The notes below the pieces were generated by a model. The model ran no database searches. It had not been told where the DNA came from and saw nothing but the letters and a program-made list of their open reading frames with translations. A stretch of 64,000 nt of DNA from Amphiscolops sp. MND2022. Lineage: Eukaryota. Both the position numbers and the translations under genes were made by a program. Positions 10,676 to 22,590 of this stretch are shown here, piece by piece (positions within the stretch are counted from its first letter, which is position 1; the number at the start of each line of letters is the position of its first letter). The stretch is from positions 72,294,001-72,358,000 of the forward strand of contig OZ076409.1 in the NCBI GenBank assembly GCA_964187785.1, read 5' to 3'.

Positions 10676-13600
10676 GTGGTTGGGGCGTTATTCCCCACGA
10701 AGTTCGCGGCCGCGGGAGACGGGACCCGCGGACCGCCCATCCAATGCAAAAATATACACTCTAAACAGCACCATTATAAACACGATCTCGAAAATGAACC
10801 GTAGGATTGTCTTGAAATTTTGCATACGGATAGAAGAGAAAATTCTAAGAACTTTTTCCTGCTGGCACTTTTCCGAAAAAAATGTCCTTCATGGGTTTTT
10901 TTGGGTTTTTTTGGTTTTTTCTCATCTTTCTCATCTTTGATTAATCAATCACTGAATCAAAGGCCATTTTCAGCATGAAGGAATGCCCGTAGCGGCAAAG
11001 TGCACTTTTACAAAAATCATCAACAGTCAACGGTCTTTCGAACGGTTCAAAAAATTTTCCCCCCGGGGGCATCCAAAGTGCCGAAAAGTGCCAAAATATT
11101 TTTTTGGTCTGAATCATTTTGATGAAATTGTTGATTTGAGCAGCAGGAACGGTCCGCACGGTCTCGGACCATAAGGTCAAAAATTGTCAGTGAGTTATGG
11201 TGACGACCAAAATGACATTGGTTGAGCTGTAGGAGGCCTCTGAAAAAATTTGAATTTTTTGAGTCTACAATCCGAGCTGAACTGTTACGTATTATGAACT
11301 TTTCAGTACTATGTTGCCAATGACCGAGTACAGATAGATGCATGGGTCAGCCTTATTGAAATGAACATTGGGCACTGGGCTACCGGTTGAGTGCAAAAAT
11401 TATAGCCTAGTTGCTGTAGTCGAAGAAAAAAATTCTCAGAAGTGTTACTTTCAATTTGTCATGTTGACTCGGAGTTACAAAAAGGTGATTTTGTCGCCAA
11501 CAACGGTCCGAACGGTCTTGGACCATAAAATCAAAAATTGTCAGTGTGCTATGGTGACGCCCAAAAACCCACCAGAACATGCGTAGGATGCTTCTGAAAA
11601 ATTTTCGAAATTTTACGTCGGCCCAAGAGTTATTGTGTTACATCGTAACAACTTTTCGTGTATGCATATCTCCTGACAGAGTACAGATAGCATCATAGGT
11701 CATCTTTTTGAAAGTGAACGTGGGCCACTGGTGTATTGCATGGTTATAAAAAATTTTGACTAAGTGCTGCATGGCGTGAATAATATGCCAAGATGTGGTA
11801 TTTACGATATTTTAGCACGACTCGCACTGACAAAAAGCCTATTTCTGCCCCAGCAACGGTTCGAACGGTCATCAAGTATAAGGTCAAAAAATGTCAGTGT
11901 GACATGATGGCGCCTAAAAACCCACCAGAACATTGGTAGGAAGCTTCTGGAAAAATTTCGATTTTTTACGTGGGCCCGAGAGTTATGATGTTACATCGTA
12001 GCAACATTTCGTGTATGCATATCTCCTGACAGAGTACAGATAGCATTATGGGTCACCTTTTTGAAAAAGAACGTGGACCACTGGTCTATCGATTGGTTGT
12101 AAAAAGTTTTCAATCACTGTTGCACGGCGTGAATAAAATGCCAATATGTGGTATTTAGCATTTTTTTGCACGACTCGGACCTACAAAAGTCCTATTTCTG
12201 CTCCACCAACGGTCCGTACGTTTTTCGACCATAAGGTCAAAAAGTGTCAGTGTGCTATGGTGACGCCCAAAAACCCATCATTACACTTGTAGAGTGCTTC
12301 CGAAAATTTTTGGAATTTTTAGGTGAGTCCGAGAGTTATAGAGAGTTATGTTGTCACATCGTAACTACATTTCGGGAATGTATATCTCCTGACACAGTAC
12401 AGATACCAACATGGGTCATCTTTTGGAAAGTGAACGTGGGCCACTGGCCTACCGAATGGTGATAAAAAGTTTTCACCAGTTGCTACAGGGAATGATAAAA
12501 GTGCTTACATGGGTTACATAGCATTTTTTCAGGCGACTCGGACTTACAAAAAGCTCATTTGCTCGCGAACAACGGTCTGTATGGTCTCCACTCATAGGGT
12601 CGAAAATTTTTCGTGGGCTATGGTGACGCTCAAAAACCCATCAGTTCACTTGTGGGATGATTCTGTAAAAATTTAGTGTTTTCGTGCAGACTATGTTACA
12701 TATTACATTGGGAACCGTGTTTTTTTCTCACCAAAATCATGTTTCTGAGTGCCCAAAAACAATTTTTAAAGCCCAGTAGCCACCTAAAATGTTCTTTTGC
12801 ATAACATGGGATGTGAATACCGTGAAGAAAGTGCTCACTGTGGATTTGGAGTTATCTCGACAAAATCAGCTGCCATTAGACGTTACATTACAGAAAATCG
12901 TACCTTACATATCGATTCATGGGTTGAGTAAAAAACAGCTAAAGTTCTTTTTCAGTCAATCAAGACTCTTTTTTGTTCACAACCAAGTGTACAGCTGACG
13001 TCGAACCCATTTTGACCTTCCACAATGGTTATAATGCGATTTTGAGGGACAAAAGCCTCGTTGACCAACAAAGTTCCAAGATGAAATTGCTTTCCAAATC
13101 ATTTTTTGAAGTATAGGAACGCCATTTTTTGCCGACAACCATCAAATATCCACTTCTCTTGGCCCAGTGGCTTGTGAAAAATACACCTGGGCATTGACAA
13201 GGCACATGGACTTTAATTCGAGTAGTCATGTGCCACAACATTTGCTAATCGATAGCAAATTTTGTTGAAAATTGATACAACATCACATTTTTGGTGGACT
13301 CGAAATGACAAAATGGAGCTTCAGCAGCAACTATTGGCTTTTAGTGCAACTCACTGGCACTGTAATGTAGGAAAAAACGGTTTACAGTAGTTTCATGCTA
13401 CTTTTTCAGAATCTGAGGTACATAAAGTATCATACTGAATAGACATATAACTTCAACATCGGAATTTTTCCGGATGTGTCACCACTTTTGTGGTATCAGC
13501 GGTCCTACCAACAGTGTTTTTGATCTAACACTAAACCCGAGGATCAACCAAGATGTATATCAGACTTGTAAAATCAATGCAAGGACTTTCGACATGTCAA

Positions 13601-15408
13601 AAGTACTGATAAGAAGAGAAACTTCTCAAAAATTCATGTTATGTGTCATATTCCATTCCACGTTTTTTAATCGGTGCTTGTCGGTTATAGTATTAACGCT
13701 CAACAACGAGCTTACTGACAAGAAACAACTTGTTAACAGTTATAAAATGTATTTATAATACCACCATGCTCGGTCTTGGCAGATTTTTCATCCCATTCGT
13801 TCTTTACGTGTAAACTTTACTTCCCAAAAACACTATTTTTGTCAGGTCGAAATTCGAATTTTCGTGTTTTGATCAAAATTATTGTGTCTGACGTAACCTG
13901 TGGCCTCCAAAATACTGAAAAACAATAGTATGACTGCTATCAAATGCTTCAGTGACATGTGGGGCACGTTAACACGTTTTGCTAAGAAAAATTCCACTTC
14001 GAAGTGAAAATTTGGAAGACACATAGTCACAATAAAAACTGAATAGATGAAAAACGTACCTATTGCCCGTCAACCACTAATGATATAGTATCAGTATTGC
14101 GAATTAGAGGTCTATAGAGTGGTGTATGGGAAAACTGTGGCGCATAAAGCGTTGTTCATAACAAAGTTCTTCCAATATCTACAATTGTGTTTTCAAAAGT
14201 TCCACTATATTTCACATATTCACAGAATGTGATTGATGCTACCTAGTAATGGAAAACCACTGTCGAATCTTCTTTAGTGGACTCAACAGTCCTGAAAATC
14301 ACAGACATACATCACGTTTCATAATTATACGCTCGAGGCTACACAATAATTTATTTCCGCTAGTTGCTGATAACTGAATTTCCTGATAGCCTTCCAAGTT
14401 GGCCTTGTGTCAACCTGGGAAGGCTATCAGTACAAAACACAAAGAACACAGCTTGTTGTTGCCTCTAATTTGCTGTTGTTTTCGTTAAGATTTTATGGTA
14501 CCGTTTCTTTATAACATGTGGTTAACATAAGACAATTTCTCTCTGTATGGAACGACATCCATTGATAAGAAAGATTACAGTTTTTTAGTTGAAAAAGACC
14601 TTGAAACTACTGCGCAATTCATGCAATTTATCCAAAACGTTCAATCATTTCAATAATTTGCGTCCCATTGAGCGTCACAAACCACTATACCTCCTTCAAC
14701 TGACAGTACAAAGACACATCATCCTTTGACCGTCCACAGAGCGAAGGCGTGGCGAGGCACGCCTTTCGAAGACCTTTGGCAAAACAGTACTAACGTCCGT
14801 TCGTGACGCATACGAAAAACTATTTTATTTTCAACAATCGTCATAAAGCATATTTGTTATATCGGCCTTTCGTTACATTTGTGCAATGATACCTTTATCA
14901 GTGAAATATTAAGTTATACATAGGTAACTGCAGTAACTTCGTGATTACCAAAGTGATATCAAAATGTTGTTACATAAATATTTCTGACACAGCGAAATTC
15001 CAAAGTGTCATTAGGCACTTTTTCAGTGCTCGTTAGGAAAGCGAGCACTTTTGCTTGGACCAAACATGCTCGTATCAGACTGGTCATGTGAAGGCAAGTA
15101 ACGGAATCGAAACAATGTTCCTCATCAACTTTTTGGTAGCGTCAGAAACACAATGTTTGCTTTTTAATGTCCCCCAATCGTTGTTAGCTTCTGTTCATAG
15201 AGAATTGTTTCTGCGCAGACCAAAATATGGCAAGTTATCCAATACGCCTGATAACGGTTTTGCCCCACACAGAACTATCACTTAACATTTTTGTATGTTG
15301 ATATCTTTTTACCCCGTTGTTCAACAACTCATGCACCTTCATTTCTTCTTCAACAACTAACTCGCCACCTCCTTGTCGTCTCGTGGTTTGTTTAGCCTCC
15401 AGCGCTAG
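10676..15408 (+). mobile_element. U5: 4733-bp unit, family A long form
   Basis: Head near-identical to U3/U11; body close to U12. Hairpin at 14383-14430; relic subterminal block at 14706-14783. Confidence 0.65.
11148..12690. repeat. Internal diverged tandem repeat, period 353-363 bp
   Basis: AACGGT anchor at 11148, 11502, 11855, 12208 and 12571. Confidence 0.88.
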
Positions 15409-16692
15409 GTGGTTAAGGGCGTCCCCTTACCTCTGTCGCCGGCGCGGGGAGGGTCCTGTGCCGGCGCCCCTTGTAGAAAATATACGTAAAGGATGGAAAA
15501 ATATAAATGCGATTTTTTAAACTAACCGTTGGATTCGGCTAATTTTTTGCATGCAGCCTCCTTGGACCAATATAAGAACAAACTCCTACTGGCGTTTTTC
15601 TGGGAAAATTTTTTTTGTTGACTTATAGACAATTTTAGGGTCAAAAAATGGCCTTTTTTTTCAATTTTTTGCATTTTTTCGCTTTTTTTCGCAAAAAAGT
15701 GTAACTTCGTCCACACAACTAGTATTGCAAGTGGCTGCATGCAGAGAGCTAATGAACAGACAAGAAAAATGAGCTATAGAACGCTTGTCTACGACAACCT
15801 GACGTTGACTTATGGTAATTTGAGTAACCGCATTTTTTTGTTTTTGCCTCGAATTTGGTACTTAGTGACCCATATCTCACTATACAGTTGTCTGAGCAAG
15901 ATCATTTATAATAACGTTTTTGTTGTCCATTAATAGTGCAACAACTGATCAGGGGTAAAGTTTTCTGTGAGACAACGTTGAAAAAAGATATTGGTGATTT
16001 TACACCCAGAAAAACGGTGTTTTGCGAACTTCAAAATTTTTTTTAACTTCAGGCCTTCCAAAGTTGAGAAACTTCCACACAACTAGTATTGCAAGTGAAT
16101 GCATGTGGAAAGTGCTTGAATAGACGAGAAAAATGAGCTATTATAAAGCTCTGTAGCTTAACCTGACGTTGACTTATGATAATTTTAGTTTCAGCTTGCT
16201 ATGTGTGAAAAAATTCAAAAATTGAAAATGGAAGCTAAGTCTCATCCAAAACTCATCGGAATACGTTCAATCCAAGCCAGAGCGATTTGTTCCCAGTTGT
16301 AGAGTGCAGCAACACCATTCAAGATTATTTGACCCATTTTAATAGGTTTTTGACTCTGTCTTATCCATCCGAAAGTTCGAAACAGTTGAGTACATTCCAT
16401 CTCCCCTCCGTGGGAGATGGCAATGTACTCGCAAAAAGCCAAGTACTATTCCCCTTTTTATACCTGCACTGGCCCTAGAAATACAGTAGCGTGAGCTCCA
16501 GGTGGTTTGCAGTAGTCTTAACGTGTGTTGTAACTTTGCTACAAATCTAACTATGTTACTAAACATGAAAAAATTGTTTCAATACAAATTTTTTTCCAAT
16601 CATTATATGTCATCAATATACATATATCCATCCATTTACTACTACCTACCCCATCACCCGCCCCTCGCATCCCTTCATGGTGCAGCCTCTGG
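15409..16692 (+). mobile_element. U6: 1284-bp unit, family D; ends CTGG
   Basis: GTGG head, hairpin at 15437-15466, internal 364-bp-period duplication (CCACACAACTAGTATTGCAAGTG at 15711 and 16075), GTACATT-type hairpin at 16388-16430. Confidence 0.55.
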
Positions 16693-18099
16693 GTGGTCGG
16701 GTATTTTTTTTTACTCGTATATGACGTTTGCGAGGCTTTGGGGAGGGCCCCGTGCCGAGCCTGTTATCCGAAATTCACCACTACCAGATCTGGTATAAAT
16801 AAGCGAGATCTCGAAAACTATCCATTAGAATTCCCTGAAATTTTGCATGTGGCTCCTAATCAAGGAGTAATGAAAAAGTGTAGGAGTGACAGTTGCTGAA
16901 AAAATTGTCATTGTTGCACTTTTTGCGCATTTTTTGTCGCATTGTTGCGTTTTTTATGTCATTTTCCACTTTGGAGGCAAAAAAGTCATATATGCTTTGT
17001 TCCTAGCGTATCAAGTGTGGAGCACGAAAAGTTGCAGCATCTTTGATTACGTATGCTGTGAAAATTTGGTTGCCCTCGGCTTACCCCCCACTGAGATAGA
17101 GGGGTGCTTCCGGTCTTTTTTGACCCCTAAAATTGGGAAATTGCTAATTTTCGTAATAAAGCCGTAGATTTAGCGTGTGCACACCCTGCTGAAGATTTGT
17201 TAGGCATTATGAGATAAATCCGATGACATGCGTTCAGTTCACCCCCATCACCCCCTGGACCGGAAATAAACTTTTTTGTGTCCTTTCAGACCGGAAGTCT
17301 CCATTTTCAACGGTAAGGAGTCCTTGTACGAGCAACTAGCAGGGCATCAAAATTGAAGTACAATGTGGGGTGAGCCTAGTTACCACGTGTTGACCAGTCA
17401 TGGGTACCGCCTTGACCGGAAATGGGGTCAAAACCCCCCTATTGGTCGATTTTTTATCAGTTTGACTAGTGTTTGGTCCACATACAAGTCGGGTAAGTCA
17501 ATTGAACCAGTGTGAGCATAAACTGCACGTTCACTGCGTAGCCGTAAATGACACTGACAGATTCCGGAAGTAACCCCCTGGGACCGGAAGTTGTCAATTT
17601 TGACCGGAAATGGTCCAAAAAACTGCGTGAAAGCAGTTTTTCATTAGTTTTAGAAGTCATTTTTTTACTTTTTCTACGCTGATTGCTTTTTTCTACTCAC
17701 AAAGGTAACATCGTGCCTCGTTTGGCTAAAGTTCTGAAAAATGATCACCTTTATCACCCCCGATAGCCTTTCAAGTTGACCTTGGGTCAATCTTGAAGGC
17801 TATCTGTTCTGAAAACGAAAAATAGGAAAATTTTGTTTTTTCTTATTTTCCTTGATAATTTCCCCTAATTAATTTTGTTAAGCAAACCCTTTTGTTGAAC
17901 TGAATGATCTGAAAAATGTTCAGAGGTGTCACCCTGGCAAGGATTATTTGACGTTGAAGTAAACTGAGAATGAGGGTAGTATTAGACAACATCACACACA
18001 CTTACCAACGCCGACCGTCTGTGGGCATGCCGAGGCATGCCCTTCGATGACGTATGCCAAATCTGCGCCACCCGCACTATTGAGTGCGGTAGCCGCTAG
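16693..18099 (+). mobile_element. U7: 1407-bp unit, family C
   Basis: Collinear diverged homologue of U2. Hairpin at 17762-17804, palindrome at 18023-18042, terminal hairpin CCGCACT-ATTG-AGTGCGG then CTAG. Confidence 0.6.
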
Positions 18100-19386
18100 G
18101 TGGCCGGAAATTTTTTTTTTCATCAAAATCTTTGCCATTGGGGGAGGGGCCCCGGATGGCCAGTAGTACGGCATAGCTCCCTACGGAATCCAGGCAGAAA
18201 AAACGTGATTTTGGAAACTAGCCGTCAGAATTTGCTCAAATTTTGCATACGGCTTCCTATAACAATCCTAAGAACTAATCCCTACTGGCATTTTGCCCAA
18301 AAAACGCAAAAAGTTGGTCAAAATCTTAGTTTTTTGGTCAAAAAATGGCAATTTTTCGAAAAAAAAATTTTTCAGAGACAATTACTCGTAACTGGTTCAC
18401 CCAGCGCAAAAACGCCTAGCTGATTTATTGTTGGGCACTTCATGAGGAGTGCGTATACAAATTTTTGTCCAGATCGGAAAAAAAATGACTAAGTATTAGC
18501 CGGAATTCGGACGCATTTTTTCGCAAATTTTTGAAAACCTAGTCTATCTCTGCCGTTTTTTGCCCAGATTTTTTTCCAGGTCCTCTCCTAAAGGCCTCCC
18601 CTGGCCGGTTTACTTCCCAGAAAAACCATTTGGCCCTAAATACGGAGTTTCAGCGTTCTAGCATTCCCGGGCGAAAAGATGTGGGACTTAGAAAAAATTC
18701 AAAATTTTTCAAAAAAATTTTTTTTCGTTTTCCGGCCCCCCAATGAAGGGGAACGACCCCCCAACGAGGATTATTGGTGAATTCACGTGGAAAGGCCTTG
18801 TTTTGTGGAGCAAATTGCCGTTTAGAGCGACTTTTTATCTTAACTTGACGTTGACCTCTGTCGTTTTGAATTTGATATTAGTATGCGTTGAGCATGTGAA
18901 AAGTTGATGATTTCAGTTGTTCTCTCGTGTTCAAGCCATTGAGATACAAGCGGTAGTGATCAAAATGTGATTTATCGCAATTTGATGGTGTTTTTGGTGT
19001 ATTTTGATTCTTTTAAATAAAAAGTTGTTCTTTATATATTTGGTGTATTGATTCAAATGAACAAGAAACAGTTGAGTACATTTCATCTCCCCCCTTGTGG
19101 GGGAGATGAGTATGTACCCGCTAAATGACACGCACAATGGCCCAATTTTACTTTTATGCGACGTTTACAAGGCTTTTGCGCAAGCCCACTAATATTTAGA
19201 CTGGTTTCCTTTTCTTTTACTCCAAAATTTTCCGTACTAACCACCTTACGCACCACCAGCTCATCGTAACATCTGTAACGCCAACGCCACATACTCTCAC
19301 TAACGCCCACCGTCTGTGGGCATGCCGAGGCATGCCCTTCGACGACGTATGCCAAATAGCGCCACTGGGCGCCCAATTTTGTCTAG
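18100..19386 (+). mobile_element. U8: 1287-bp unit, family D-like
   Basis: GTGG head with conserved box, GTACATT-type hairpin at 19076-19117, palindrome at 19318-19337, CTAG end. Confidence 0.55.
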
Positions 19387-20456
19387 GTGGTCAAGGGGGA
19401 TGCCCATCAGAAAATATTGCGAGGCCGGGGAGGGTCCCGAGAGCCGAGCACATTCTATCAATTCCTACCTTCAGGATTGCGAAGTATTTTAACCGATCTC
19501 GAAATTCACCCGTAGGATTTGTCTGAAACTTTGCATGTGGCTTTATCTCAAAAATTTAAGAACTTTTTTCTGCTGACGTTTTTCCAGGAAAATTCATTTT
19601 GTAGGGTTTTTTTGCGTTTTTTTGGTTTTTTTCATCTTTTTTCATCTTTGATTAATCAATGACCGAATCAAAGGCCATTTTCACCATGAAGGAAAGCCCG
19701 TAGCGGCAAAGTGCACTTTTATGAAAATCATCAACGGTCAACGGTCTTTCGAACGGTCCGAAAAAATTTCCCCCCGGGGGAAACCAAAGTGCCAAAAAGT
19801 GCCAAATATATTTTTTTGACTGAATCACTTTGATCAAATTGATGATTTGAGCAGCCGGAACGGTCCGCACGGTCTCGGACAATAAGGTCAAAAATTGTCA
19901 GCATCCAATGGGGGTTCCAAAAATGTAATTCGTTCATTTGTAGGAGACATCAGAAAAAAGTTGATTTTTTGGGGTATATGTCATTATGAGTGATTGGATG
20001 AGAAATAATTGTATCACTTTCAGTTGGATATGATGCAGCACAGGAAGCAGCTGCAGCAAACTTGAAACTGATTATGGGGCTGGGGTTTACCCTCTGTATT
20101 GAGCAAAATAGCCCTAGGGCATAAGTTGTGCCAAAAAATGCCTCGAAGTGATGATTTGGTTATTGCAAATCGATCAGCAAAATTTATTGTCACCGGTGTT
20201 CCGAGAGTTGCGCAGCATCTCGCAGGAACAACGGTGCTTGCTTAGAAAGCAAAAAACCACAAAATCCCTTGAGTTAAGTTGACGGCAGTCACCATAGACA
20301 TTCACTCGTCAGGGTGATGATATTTATCGTTCAATCCCAGAATAACTTACAAAAAATTGCTAGCCTCAATATTTCTTTTTCATACTCCATTAGCAAAGGT
20401 TGCGCTGTTAAGTTTAGGCCTTTTACTAGCAGTGCTCTAAATCGCTCCATCGCTAG
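19387..20456 (+). mobile_element. U9: 1070-bp unit, family A short form
   Basis: Body homologous to U3; both termini resemble those of U4. Hairpin at 20191-20236. Confidence 0.6.
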
Positions 20457-21514
20457 GTGGTCGGGTGTTTTACCTTTACAGAGTAGTGCGAGGCCGGGTA
20501 GGGTCCCGTGACGAGCTTGAAGAATAGCCTGCTAAAAATATACATGTTGGGGGGGGGTCTACGGAGACGATCTCGAAAATGAACCGTTAGAATTTATTCA
20601 AACTTTGCATGCGGACATAGAATCAAAATGTAAGAACTTTTTCCTACTGGCACTTTTCGCTCCATACCCTGTGACGGAAGTTATGAGCAAATGTATGTCG
20701 AAATCACCCATTTTTCGCATCTTTTCAGTCGCTGCTCCTCAGCCATTGGAGCCAATAGGCCGAAACTTTTTGTGTGAGGTACAAATGAAGTGGGCTACAA
20801 GATGGCCAAAAATTTTTGGCCAGGTCCTAATACATCGGGAAATATGATAGAAAATATACACCAAAAAAGGTGATTTTTTGACACTTTTTATCATGACTTC
20901 CGAAGTGCCCAATGGAATAGGTAGTGCCTATGGATAAAAATGAATGGTTTTATGTTTAATCGAAAGAGGAACAAATTTTGGTTTTTTTGGCCAAAAAAAA
21001 GTTCTACAAAAGTTCTACCAAAATTCGAAAAATTTAGAATTATTCCAAAAAAAAGGTTTTTTCGTCTTTTTTGATGTTTTTTCACATTTTGAGGTCAAAA
21101 ACGAGGTACCCGAGCACTTACACTGACTTTTTAGGGGAATTTGACACATTTAATTTTTATTTTTGGTTAATGATTACACTTTTAAAGTTTTAATCCCAAA
21201 TTACTGCAATCTTTTCTCAGTTGTTGGAATTCTATGTTTGTTGGTAAATGACATGTAGAAAGATCGCCGATGTTCCGGGAGAACGCGAAGCGTTTCGGAG
21301 GAAGATTGGCGACAAACGATAAAAGTCTGTGCAACTTATGTGCTTCCAATGAGGTGCTTGGTAGAATTATCAAGATGAAAAAATAACTTTTTTGAGGTAG
21401 TTTGTTGTGAAATGAAAACGATTAAAGTTTACAATTTTAAGTTGCACCAACTTCAGTTTCAATCAAGTATTGTCTGAATAGGCCTTACTGGTAGTTGGTA
21501 CCTGCCTCCACTGG
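20457..21514 (+). mobile_element. U10: 1058-bp unit with unique interior; ends CTGG
   Basis: U4-like head and conserved box; its own hairpin TCGCCGAT...ATTGGCGA at 21264-21312. Confidence 0.55.
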
Positions 21515-22590
21515 GTGGTTGGGGCGTTATTCCCCACGAAGTTCGCGGCCGCGGGAGACGGGACCCGCGGACCGCCCATCCAATGCAAAAATATACACTC
21601 TAAACAGCACCATTATAAACACGATCTCGAAAATGAACCGTAGGATTGTCTTGAAATTTTGCATACAGATAGAAGAGAAAATTCTAAGAACTTTTTCCTG
21701 CTGGCACTTTTCCGAAAAAAATGTCCTTCATGGGTTTTTTCGGGTTTTTTTGGTTTTTTCTCATCTTTCTCATCTTTGATTAATCAATCACCGAATCAAA
21801 GGCCATTTTCAGCATGAAGGAATGCCCGTAGCAGCAAAGTGCACTTTTACAAAAATCATCAACGGTCAACGGTCTTTCGAACGGTCCAAAAAAATTTCCC
21901 CCCGGGGGCATCCAAAGTGCCGAAAAGTGCCAAAATATTTTTTTGGTCTGAATCATTCTGAAGAAATTGTTGATTTGAGCAGCAGGAACGGTCCGCACGG
22001 TCTCAAATTGTAAGGGCAAAAATTGTCAGCGTTCAATGGCGGTTCCAAAAATATAAGTCAGTCACCTGTAGGAGTTGTAACAAAAAATCGATTTTTGGGT
22101 AATATGGCATGTTGAGTGGTTGGATGAGAAATACCCGTAACATGTTGAGTTTGATTTGATGCAGCAGTGGTTGCAGCTGCAGCAAACGTGAAAATGATAA
22201 AAGGGCTGGGATATATCACATGCACAAAGCAATGTTGCCATGGGGCTTTCCTTGTGCCGCAAAATGCCTCAATGCGATCATTATGTTTTTCCAAATGGGG
22301 TCGCAAAACTAATTGTCACCGGTGTTCCTAGCGTTGCGCAGCAACTCGCAGGAACAACGGGGCTCTCCGAACGCAAAACGCAAGGCGCCCTTTCGTTGAT
22401 TTGACGGCAGTCGCAGTTGATATTTTTTTGAATAAGTGATGAAATGTATCGTTGAATCCCAGAACATGTAACAAAAAAAAGGAAGGTGGAATTTCAACAC
22501 ATTGGTTTGTTGCTGATTTCACGTAAGCAGCAAACTTAATCAGCAACTCCTCAACTCCTCTCTCGTGGTTTGTTTAGCCTCCAGCGCTAG
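21515..22590 (+). mobile_element. U11: 1076-bp unit, copy of U3
   Basis: Same sequence and same internal ORF-track peptides as 4708-5783, with different neighbours on both sides. Confidence 0.65.
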
